A stretch of DNA of 64,000 nucleotides from the NCBI GenBank assembly GCA_013289265.1, contig JABDAH010000007.1, positions 1,745 through 65,744 of the forward strand, written 5' to 3'. Source of the DNA: Alphaproteobacteria bacterium (GTDB lineage: Bacteria; Pseudomonadota; Alphaproteobacteria; UBA9219). Position 1 is the first letter of the stretch. Each line of letters begins with the position of its first letter. Shown here piece after piece: positions 9,476 to 17,378 of this stretch. A program made the position numbers and the translations under genes. Below the pieces are notes generated by a model. It did no database searches. It saw only the letters and a list, made by a program, of their open reading frames with translations, and was not told the DNA's origin.

Positions 9476-10695
9476 AATTTCACTCCCAATTTATTCGCCA
9501 CCGTGAAAATATCCTTATCGCCGCGGCCGCTGAGGTTTACCACCATCAGATGATCTTTCGGCAATGTCGGCGCGAGTTTCTCGACATAAGCCAAAGCATG
9601 CGCCGATTCCAATGCCGGGAGAATACCTTCCAGCTTGCCACACAGTTTGAAAGCCTCAATCGCTTCATCATCTGTGGCAGGCACATATTTCACGCGCTCA
9701 GCGTCATTCAGCCATGCATGTTCCGGCCCGATGCCGGGATAATCAAGGCCCGCAGAAATCGAATGCGCTTCCTGAATCTGGCCGTCATCATCCTGCAGGA
9801 AATAGCTACGCATACCGTGCAAAATGCCAGCCTTGCCGCCAGCGAGTGACGCTGCATGCATGCCGGTATCGAGGCCGTGCCCGGCAGCTTCTACGGCGTA
9901 CATATCAACGGTTGGCTCATTCAAAAATTCATAAAACAGGCCGATGGCGTTTGAGCCGCCACCAACACACGCCACAAGTGAATCCGGCAAACGGCCTTCG
10001 GCTTCCATAATCTGTTCGCGCGTTTCGCGTCCAATGATGGATTGAAAATCGCGCACCATCATCGGGTAAGGATGCGGACCGCCGACGGTGCCGATGATGT
10101 AGAATGTATCTTCGACATTGCTGACCCAGTCGCGCAACGCTTCGTTCATGGAATCTTTCAGCGACTTGGAGCCGGAAGTGACCGGCTTCACCTCCGCGCC
10201 CAGCAAGCGCATGCGGAACACATTGGGTTTCTGGCGTTCTATATCCAGTTCACCCATATAAACGGTGCAGGGCAGGTTAAACAAAGCCGCGACGGTTGCG
10301 GTAGCGACGCCGTGCTGGCCCGCGCCTGTTTCAGCGATGATGCGTTTTTTGCCCATGCGCTTGGCGAGCAGAATCTGCCCCATGCAATGATTGATCTTGT
10401 GCGCGCCGGTGTGATTGAGTTCTTCGCGCTTGAAATAGATTTTAGCGCCGCCCAGTTTTTCGGTCAGGCGCTGCGCGTAGAAAAGCGGCGAAGGGCGCCC
10501 TACATAATGCTTCAAATAATAATCAAGCTCCGCCTGAAAAGTGGGATCAGCCTTGGCAGCCTTATAGGCTTCTTCGACGGCCAGAACCAAAGGCATCAGC
10601 GTTTCAGCCACAAACCGGCCGCCATAAAGGCCAAAATGGCCGTTTTCGTCCGGGCCTGAGCGGTAAGAATTCAGTTTTTTCGACATATTTTGCAT
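9472..10695 (-). CDS. trpB: Tryptophan synthase beta chain
   Basis: ORF track, 407 aa. Sequence includes [40 protein letters not shown]. The start may be the ATG 9 nt downstream (MSKKLNSY). Confidence 0.95.
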   Translation of the reverse strand: MQNMSKKLNSYRSGPDENGHFGLYGGRFVAETLMPLVLAVEEAYKAAKADPTFQAELDYYLKHYVGRPSPLFYAQRLTEKLGGAKIYFKREELNHTGAHKINHCMGQILLAKRMGKKRIIAETGAGQHGVATATVAALFNLPCTVYMGELDIERQKPNVFRMRLLGAEVKPVTSGSKSLKDSMNEALRDWVSNVEDTFYIIGTVGGPHPYPMMVRDFQSIIGRETREQIMEAEGRLPDSLVACVGGGSNAIGLFYEFLNEPTVDMYAVEAAGHGLDTGMHAASLAGGKAGILHGMRSYFLQDDDGQIQEAHSISAGLDYPGIGPEHAWLNDAERVKYVPATDDEAIEAFKLCGKLEGILPALESAHALAYVEKLAPTLPKDHLMVVNLSGRGDKDIFTVANKLGVKL

Positions 10696-10813
10696 GGCCG
10701 CACCATAGCGGATTTGCGCGGCTGGTCAAAGACCGCGATTAGGCCTTATTTTCAGCCGATTTCACAATGGATAGCTTATGCGAAAATAGGCCAGTTTTGT
10801 CCAAGGGTGCGCT

Positions 10814-11221
10814 ATGGGCAAAAACACACAACAACTGGCACAAGTCGAAATCACCAGCAATATTGCCCATATTAATGCCAAACTTAAACGCAGTGGCCGC
10901 GCTTCCCTCTCCGTGGACAGCCAAAATTCCTATCTGGACCGCTTAACCGCCGTAGCGATTATCTTTTCGGATATTCCCGGGGCAGAAGATGTTGTCAAAT
11001 TATGCCATGATGGGCTTACAACACTTTTCCAGAAATGGCCTTTTGAGCCTGAAGAAACCTTGGAATATATTCAGCTCTTACACGAACAGCTCACAGATAC
11101 AAACAGCGCACAGAAACGGCTTGAGGTTAGGAATTTGCTGGTTCTTTTGAATGACATTCAAAAACAGAGAGGAATAGCTGAGCTAAGAAAAAGGCGGAGA
11201 GTTGCTGACCTGCACCATTAG
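10814..11221 (+). CDS. Hypothetical protein (135 aa, predicted helical, basic C-terminus)
   Basis: ORF track only; I recognise no motif. It is the only long ORF in this interval and converges on the next gene with a 4-nt overlap. Confidence 0.45.
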   Translation: MGKNTQQLAQVEITSNIAHINAKLKRSGRASLSVDSQNSYLDRLTAVAIIFSDIPGAEDVVKLCHDGLTTLFQKWPFEPEETLEYIQLLHEQLTDTNSAQKRLEVRNLLVLLNDIQKQRGIAELRKRRRVADLHH

Positions 11222-12342
11222 TTCTGAACATCCAGCGTTGATCCCGTCGCAGGCGCACTATTAGCCACGCCTTTATATTGGCCGATTGCTTTCATCATGA
11301 TCATATCGTCGATCAGATTTTGCGGCAGCGGGTTCTTATTGGTTGTCGCGGCAGCTGTTGTGGCGGCCTGAGGTGCTGGAGCAGTTGCAGTACCCGCGGT
11401 TGCCGGCGCCTGTACGTCCGCCGCAGAATTCGCCGCTGTAGCTGTTGATGTTGCAGGCGCTGGGGCCATCGGCGGTAGCGGATGCGGGCCATTCATCATC
11501 GGGTTCGTGTAAATCGTATGACCAAGGCGCATGGCATGCGAACCCTGCGACAAAGCGATGATACGGTTCTGATCTTCAAGACTGTTTGCCGGCGCCATCA
11601 CACCGCCGTAAGCCTGCCGGTTCAAAGGAAAAGATTTACCCTGCATTATGGGTGTTGCGGCATCAGCGACTGCTTTACTAGCAACATCAGTAGTTGCGCC
11701 AACTGCTGTTGGACTCGCTGCGATACCGCCAGTTGCCCCCGCCAAAGTCAGATTCTGATCCGCCGTTTTCGGAATGGATTGATTGAGATTTTGTGTGGGC
11801 GCGGATAAAGGTGCTGGGGTTACAGGGGTTGCTGCTGCCGTGGACAGGGCAGCAGGGGCTGCTTTATCGTCCACTTGCGCGACCTGTGTTGCTGGGGCGG
11901 CCACTTTGCTGTCGACACCAAACAGGCTGGCCAGAACTGCGCCAGTTCTGTCATGACCGGTTTGCGATTCATTGACAGCATCCGCTACCGCGCTTGTACC
12001 ACCGATAACGGCGGAGACAACGCCAAGTGCGCCGCCATACATAATGTCACCAGCGACACGCGAAACCGGGTTAATACTGTCGCCTGTTACGGCGCGGTAC
12101 ACGGAACTGACAACAGGGATATGCTGCAACGGATTGACCATATCCAGAAAATCGCCAAAGCTGAAATCAGCGGCGTCGCTGACCTGCGATGCGCTGCGGT
12201 CAAACTTTGTATAGCGCCTGGCATCGACATCCGTCGCCGCCGTTGCGCTGCTGGTATCGGCAGTACGATTAAAATTAGCTGCTGCCGGTTTATAATCGGC
12301 GGCGTCAAACGTACCGGCAAGAACTGGGCTTATTTCGTGCAT
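11218..12342 (-). CDS. Hypothetical protein with a Gly/Ala-rich hydrophobic central segment and an Ala/Thr/Pro-rich low-complexity C-half
   Basis: ORF track, 374 aa. Sequence includes FSFGDFLDMVNPLQHIPVVSSVYRAVTGDSINPVSRVAGDIMYGGALGVVSAVIGG, then long A/T/P runs. No family assignment possible by eye. Confidence 0.6.
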   Translation of the reverse strand: MHEISPVLAGTFDAADYKPAAANFNRTADTSSATAATDVDARRYTKFDRSASQVSDAADFSFGDFLDMVNPLQHIPVVSSVYRAVTGDSINPVSRVAGDIMYGGALGVVSAVIGGTSAVADAVNESQTGHDRTGAVLASLFGVDSKVAAPATQVAQVDDKAAPAALSTAAATPVTPAPLSAPTQNLNQSIPKTADQNLTLAGATGGIAASPTAVGATTDVASKAVADAATPIMQGKSFPLNRQAYGGVMAPANSLEDQNRIIALSQGSHAMRLGHTIYTNPMMNGPHPLPPMAPAPATSTATAANSAADVQAPATAGTATAPAPQAATTAAATTNKNPLPQNLIDDMIMMKAIGQYKGVANSAPATGSTLDVQN

Positions 12343-12462
12343 TTGTCTCTCCCGACCCTATAATTTGCAAGGCGCGTGCCATAATTTATTGTTGTTTTCC
12401 AATATGTTGGTGTTTAAGTTGGGGGAGCCCTACGGCAGTTTTTGCCCTTTCCGCGAGTTGCC

Positions 12463-13128
12463 ATGCCTATTCACCTCCTCATTGCCAACAATGCTTTGCT
12501 GAGTGCTGTCACGGAGCAGCTGCAATCCGCGGGGATAGAAAGCGTTTTGGCGCCAAAAGACTTTGGCGCTCCCATCAAATCGGATGATTGCGCGGCGATC
12601 ATTATGGACGACGAAACTTCCGACAAAAAGATTTTCAAAGCCCTGAGTGACGTAGCCGCCGAAGGAAAGAAAAAACGTCTTTTTCTATTGGGTGACATTC
12701 CGAAAGATTGCGATACGAATCTGGTAACTGAATCTTTTGCCAAACCTTTGCGACTTGGGCATCTGTTATCGCGACTGCAATTTTACCTGCAAACAGCATC
12801 GCGGCTTAATAACACGGCGGTTATTTTCGGTCCTTATCGTTTTGAGCCGCAGAACCGCCAGGTTGTGGATCAGAATACGAATACTATTATTCGCCTGACC
12901 GAAAAGGAAACCGCCCTGCTCGACCAACTCAGCCAAAGTGGTGGCGCTGTCTCGCGCGAGGATTTGCTCGCCGGCATCTGGGGTTATACTAACCAGATCG
13001 ATACCCATACTCTGGAGACGCATATTTACCAACTACGCCGCAAGCTTGACCCGCAGAGCAGCGGCGCAAACTGGCTGATCAACGAACAGGGTTCTTACCG
13101 ATTGTACCGCGGCGAGGTTGTTAAATGA
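12463..13128 (+). CDS. OmpR/PhoB-family winged-helix regulator with a degenerate (atypical) receiver domain
   Basis: ORF track 12442..13128 (TTG). The internal ATG at residue 8 gives MPIHLLIANNALL. The C-terminal half reads FGPYRFEPQNRQVV..LTEKETALLDQL..VSREDLLAGIWGY..THTLETHIYQLRRKL. The acidic pocket is NN instead of DD. Confidence 0.8.
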   Translation: MPIHLLIANNALLSAVTEQLQSAGIESVLAPKDFGAPIKSDDCAAIIMDDETSDKKIFKALSDVAAEGKKKRLFLLGDIPKDCDTNLVTESFAKPLRLGHLLSRLQFYLQTASRLNNTAVIFGPYRFEPQNRQVVDQNTNTIIRLTEKETALLDQLSQSGGAVSREDLLAGIWGYTNQIDTHTLETHIYQLRRKLDPQSSGANWLINEQGSYRLYRGEVVK

Positions 13129-13721
13129 TAAAGGTTATTCCTTTTTTCGTTTTCATATTTCTATTCGCCCTCACCGGCTGCGGCAGTGGCGGTTCTGCAT
13201 CCCATAAAGCCGACAGGTTTTCAGCCTCATATGGCATGGCAAAGACAAGGCCCGACTCTATCGCAGCGCGACGCATTGTAATGGTTGAAACGCATAGCGG
13301 CGAAAGGCTGGATACAGTTTATTATCATGACGGCGCTTACGACAAAAAAGAACTGCGGAAAATCAATCTGCTGTTTCGCGACCGCCACGCCAATCAGATC
13401 GGTGAGATTGACCCGGAGTTGATTGACTATCTGGTCGATATTCGCACGCGTTTTAATTTGCCACCAACTGTTACCTTCCAGATTTTAAACGGCTACCGCA
13501 CGCGCGAAACTAACGCGATGATGTCGCGCAGCAATAAAAACGTGGCGATTGAAAGCCTGCATATTCATGGCTGGGCAGTTGATTTTCGGGTTCCCAATGT
13601 CGACGGTCGCGCCATTTGTGAGATTGCCAAAACCATGCAACGTGGCGGCGTGGCTTTTTACCCCAAATCAAACCATGTGCATGTGGATCTGGGCAATATC
13701 CGGACCTGGAAAGAAAAGTAA
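13125..13721 (+). CDS. DUF882 / peptidase M15A-family lipoprotein
   Basis: ORF track, 198 aa. Lipobox FALTGCGS. Sequence includes ILNGYRTRETNAMM..ESLHIHGWAVDFRVP..GGVAFYPKSNHVHVDLG. ATGA overlap with the regulator gene. Confidence 0.85.
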   Translation: MIKVIPFFVFIFLFALTGCGSGGSASHKADRFSASYGMAKTRPDSIAARRIVMVETHSGERLDTVYYHDGAYDKKELRKINLLFRDRHANQIGEIDPELIDYLVDIRTRFNLPPTVTFQILNGYRTRETNAMMSRSNKNVAIESLHIHGWAVDFRVPNVDGRAICEIAKTMQRGGVAFYPKSNHVHVDLGNIRTWKEK

Positions 13722-13727
13722 GGCGCT

Positions 13728-14411
13728 TTACGCGTGTCCTGCACCAGCGGCGGCGCGTTCCAGCATGCCAAGCCATTTTTCAGGCGGCATCTGGCCATAA
13801 GGACCTTTATCCGAACGCCAGAATTTGACCAATTGCGGAAACTGATTGGCGTCGCCCTTGCGGCCGCGAACCATCTGTTTATCAAGCGGCATCAGGCGCA
13901 CGCCGTCCAATTTAATAATGGCCTGCTTTATTTCGTCGTCAGCCAAGGATTCATGCAGGATAGTTGCTAATAGCAATGGATCATCGCTGCCGAGGCGCTT
14001 CTTGGCATCTGTGCGGCGCGACATCAGCGCATCGAAAGCACGCGTCGCCAGCTCCACAATTTGCCCTTCATCACTGCGGGCAACATAAATGGCTCGGACA
14101 ATGTGATTAAGCTCCGCCTGCGCAATTTCCGGCAGCCAGATCAGAACACCGGAGCCCATCATCCCAGCGCGTTCCAGCATGACGCATTGTTCGCAGAAAG
14201 TGCAGCTGGTAACGAGGTCTTGATCAGCGGTATCGCAAGCAATGACACGCTGATACTGCTCCGACCGGAAACCACAAAAACGGCAGGTATAATCATCCCG
14301 TTTCAGGGTTTTTTCGATTTGGGATTTGGTGAGTTGGGGAGAGCTTTTAGAAGCTCCCTTCTCGGCGTCAGGGTTTCGCCTGACGCCGAGAGTAAGCGGG
14401 AGGAAGGTCAC
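13728..14411 (-). CDS. icmJ: IcmJ/DotN-family zinc-binding T4BSS protein
   Basis: ORF track, 227 aa (GTG start). Sequence KRDDYTCRFCGFRSEQYQ...LVTSCTFCEQCVMLE...GVLIWLPEIAQAELNHIVRAIY closely mirrors the Cys motifs and the LIYLPELTQAELN segment I recall from Legionella DotN. Confidence 0.85.
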   Translation of the reverse strand: MTFLPLTLGVRRNPDAEKGASKSSPQLTKSQIEKTLKRDDYTCRFCGFRSEQYQRVIACDTADQDLVTSCTFCEQCVMLERAGMMGSGVLIWLPEIAQAELNHIVRAIYVARSDEGQIVELATRAFDALMSRRTDAKKRLGSDDPLLLATILHESLADDEIKQAIIKLDGVRLMPLDKQMVRGRKGDANQFPQLVKFWRSDKGPYGQMPPEKWLGMLERAAAGAGHA

Positions 14412-14442
14412 ATTATTCCATTCAACTTAAACAATCACGCGC

Positions 14443-14823
14443 TTAGAACGTGAAGGTCGAAAGACCACCAGAACCTTGCAGTGTGTTGTTGGCAGTGCTG
14501 TTCAGAACATGCATCAGTGAAGGCATCGCGAGCAAAGCAGCGCCTGCGCCTGTACGAGCAAAGCCGTGCGACATGCTGCCTTGGGTTGGGTTTTCAGCAT
14601 GATGCTTGAACTTCATCACGCCGCCGATGACCAGAACGCCGCCGATAACATAGCAAGCGAAGCTGAGCAATTGCAGGACTGGCGTAAAGACGCTGTCACG
14701 GCTGGCCGTAACGCTACTTGATAATTGCGCGAAGGCATCACCTGAGATGGGCGCTGCTGCTGCAATGACGGCTGCCATCAACAGACCTTGAACCCACAGA
14801 TTTGTAAGATTTGCTTTTTTCAT
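14443..14823 (-). CDS. icmD: IcmD/DotP-like small inner-membrane T4BSS protein
   Basis: ORF track, 126 aa. Strong RBS GGAGGAGGAA, a signal peptide, then one TM-loop-TM unit: ACYVIGGVLVIGGVMKFKHHAENPTQGSMSHGFARTGAGAALLAM. It sits between icmC and icmJ. Confidence 0.7.
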   Translation of the reverse strand: MKKANLTNLWVQGLLMAAVIAAAAPISGDAFAQLSSSVTASRDSVFTPVLQLLSFACYVIGGVLVIGGVMKFKHHAENPTQGSMSHGFARTGAGAALLAMPSLMHVLNSTANNTLQGSGGLSTFTF

Positions 14824-15004
14824 AGTTTCCTCCTCCTGTTTTGAATTCGATTAAACTTTTAAAGGCAATTTACCTATTAACAAATTTACCGGCAAAATGT
14901 TAACGAGGCCTTAAATCACCCACCACTTTTCTTACTTTTTGCAGGTTACCATAAATTCAAAACCCCTGCAATTACTTGCACCTTATAGCGCTATGTCCTT
15001 GTTT

Positions 15005-16033
15005 TTAGGTCACAAATTGTGTCCCCATAGTCAAGTCTACAACTTCCATAAAAAGATAGATATTCATGGCCATGACACCACCAATTATATGGGTCACGCC
15101 TTGGGCAAAAGTCACCTGCCCAACACCTTCGACGGCGTTACGGATTATATTCCAGCCACGCACAAAACTGATGAAGCCAACCAGCTGGAAGAATGTCAGG
15201 GCCGCTTTCATGGCGACCTTGAAGTGCGTGGTATCACCCAACTTGTTGACAGCTGTCCATTGCAAACTTTCAAAAGCGAGCATGCCTCCATTAACATGTG
15301 CGCCCATAACGCTGGCCATGACTACATCGACGCTCTGGCCAATAACAACCAGAGCGGTGCCGATAATTAAATTTGAAACAATATGGCTAATTGAGTTGGT
15401 GCGGGCATCATTGCCGTATTTGGCGGCTTTCATCAGGCCACGAATAATAAGGAAAACACCTAACACAACGGCTACGGCCGATACTAAAGTCGTAAGCGGT
15501 TGCTGTATATTCCCCACAAAGTTTGCCAACATGATATCCAGCGGCACGGCCTGCCCTTGCGCCGCCACAGTACCGTCCATCATATCAACGCAGTTGCCTA
15601 GAAATGAGCCGCCGGCATCAATCTTAAGGGTATTAGCGAAAGTGATACTGTCGCCGAAATTTTTGCCGAGAAATAATGTCTGGACCAACGTGCCGATAAC
15701 ATGTGGTAGAGCGCCGAGGAAAGCGCCCATCGTTAAAAGCGCTACCGTTTTATGATGAGGATGCTGCTGTGGACTTTCGTGATGCATGCGCAAATGCATG
15801 AGTCCTTGAATAACAAAAACGGCACCCGCAACATAAGCTACCCCATAAAACACCTTAAAAAAGGGCGTCATATTGTCAGCGACGGTACAGAACATTTCAC
15901 CCATTGTGGTCGCAGCCATCGCTGAGTGGGTGTTCAAAACCGTCAGTAAAAAAGTTGCAGAAAAGAAGGCCAGGGCACCGATGAGGCGCTGGCGGCTAAT
16001 GCCGCAGAAAAGGCGTGAAAAAAGCAACTTCAT
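15005..16033 (-). CDS. icmC: IcmC/DotE-like polytopic membrane protein with three IcmD-like hairpin units
   Basis: ORF track, 342 aa. Signal peptide, then three repeats of hydrophobic helix-G[LW]M/N-polar loop-helix: ..VFVIQGLMHLRMHHESPQ.., ..VFLIIRGLMKAAKYGNDA.., ..FISFVRGWNIIRNAVEGV... It sits between icmG and icmD. Confidence 0.65.
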   Translation of the reverse strand: MKLLFSRLFCGISRQRLIGALAFFSATFLLTVLNTHSAMAATTMGEMFCTVADNMTPFFKVFYGVAYVAGAVFVIQGLMHLRMHHESPQQHPHHKTVALLTMGAFLGALPHVIGTLVQTLFLGKNFGDSITFANTLKIDAGGSFLGNCVDMMDGTVAAQGQAVPLDIMLANFVGNIQQPLTTLVSAVAVVLGVFLIIRGLMKAAKYGNDARTNSISHIVSNLIIGTALVVIGQSVDVVMASVMGAHVNGGMLAFESLQWTAVNKLGDTTHFKVAMKAALTFFQLVGFISFVRGWNIIRNAVEGVGQVTFAQGVTHIIGGVMAMNIYLFMEVVDLTMGTQFVT

Positions 16034-16161
16034 AAAGCCTCAAATAGGTCGGGTCGTAAAAATTTGCCTTAATTTAATTAACTCTAGCCCATTCTGCCAA
16101 GGAAAAGCTTAAAAAGCTTTTAATTTTTTAGGTTTCTTGCGTCCCGTCAAAGGCTTATAGC

Positions 16162-17349
16162 CTATCTAATGGTGCCTTGAGAGCCTTCAACCACCCAAAT
16201 ATCGCCTGTTTGATGAATAGCGCGGACGGCACCTACGCCCGGAAGGCTGTCACCAACCCTCACCCGGCGCAATTCTGGTGTGAAAGAATCCTGCGCAACC
16301 CAGGCCTCATCCGGGCTTGCAGCCCTTAGAACCCAGCTAGGCGCCATAATCGCAGGTTTTTCCTGCGGCAACATCGCCATTCTATGGGACGTTTTCTTGA
16401 CAACAGTCTTATGGCTGTAATGCGATTTATAAGAAGTGTGGTGGGTTTTGCCGACATAGGCTTTATGAGGGGCCGCATCAAAACCAGCATTGGCATCTAT
16501 AGAACTTGCAGGCGCTGCATGCTGAACCTGCATCAATTTCTGTTCGATTTTGCTGAGCCTGTCATCCAAAGCCGGGCTGGAACCGGTATCAGCAGAAGCC
16601 GTTCGGGAGGCAAGCGCGGCATTCACTTGCGTTAGTTGCTGAGTGGCCTGAGCCAGGGATTTTTGTAAATCCTCAACACGATTGGAAAGTGCGACAATAC
16701 GCGCATCTTCTGTCGAGCTTGCTTGCGGCGCAATTGATGAAGGCGGCGGCACAATAGCAGGTGCTGTTTGAACGGGCGCCGGTGCAGCGACCGCAACTGG
16801 CGCAGGCAGTGGTGCTGGCATTGCCATCGGAGCAGCAGCAGGTTTGGGTGGCAGTGCCACTGCTGTGGCATCTGGCGTTGCAGAAGCTGGAGCAGCTGAA
16901 ATGGGTTTCGCAGGTATATCAGCAACGGGTGCCAAGGCTGTGGTTGGCGCGACATCTGAGACAGGCGCTTTATTGGCATTATCCGTTGGAGCAGGCGCTG
17001 ATGGTTGCACAGTTTCAGGCGGCGTTGCATCTGCTGTTTGTGTTGAGAGCGGCGGTACTTCAGCGATCGGCATCTGCGCATCGGATGAACCACCGAATTG
17101 CCAGTAAAGCACAGCGCCCAAAATCAGCAGACCACCGACACCGGCTGCGATAGGAATCAGCATCGATTTTTTGGCCGCAACAGTTTGTTCGGTGCCCGTC
17201 TCGTCATGCGCATCTGCTTCTTCGGAAACCGTAGCGGATTCTTCGCCGACGTGAAAATCGTCAACTGGCGGCTCACCGCCCCAGTTTTCAGTTTCTGTCG
17301 CGATCTGTTCCTGATCTGCTGTCCCTTCGGACTCGTATTTGTCAGTCAT
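16162..17349 (-). CDS. icmG: IcmG/DotF-like bitopic T4BSS protein
   Basis: ORF track, 395 aa. Acidic N-terminus, one TM (LIPIAAGVGGLLILGAVLYWQF), an Ala/Pro-rich spacer, coiled-coil segments, and a C-terminal beta domain PDEAWVAQDSF..VRVGDSLPGVGAVRAIHQTGDIWVVEGSQGTI. The call rests on position plus that C-terminal pattern. Confidence 0.65.
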   Translation of the reverse strand: MTDKYESEGTADQEQIATETENWGGEPPVDDFHVGEESATVSEEADAHDETGTEQTVAAKKSMLIPIAAGVGGLLILGAVLYWQFGGSSDAQMPIAEVPPLSTQTADATPPETVQPSAPAPTDNANKAPVSDVAPTTALAPVADIPAKPISAAPASATPDATAVALPPKPAAAPMAMPAPLPAPVAVAAPAPVQTAPAIVPPPSSIAPQASSTEDARIVALSNRVEDLQKSLAQATQQLTQVNAALASRTASADTGSSPALDDRLSKIEQKLMQVQHAAPASSIDANAGFDAAPHKAYVGKTHHTSYKSHYSHKTVVKKTSHRMAMLPQEKPAIMAPSWVLRAASPDEAWVAQDSFTPELRRVRVGDSLPGVGAVRAIHQTGDIWVVEGSQGTIR

Positions 17350-17378
17350 TGTCCTGCTCCTGCGCTGATGGACGCGAA

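Noticed and set aside
16103-16130. AAAAGCTT-AAA-AAGCTTTT hairpin followed by a T-run (terminator-like) between icmG and icmC
   Set aside because: The T-run follows the stem only on the plus strand, whereas the operon is transcribed on the minus strand. The stem is weak and AT-only. It is probably not a functional terminator for the icm transcript.
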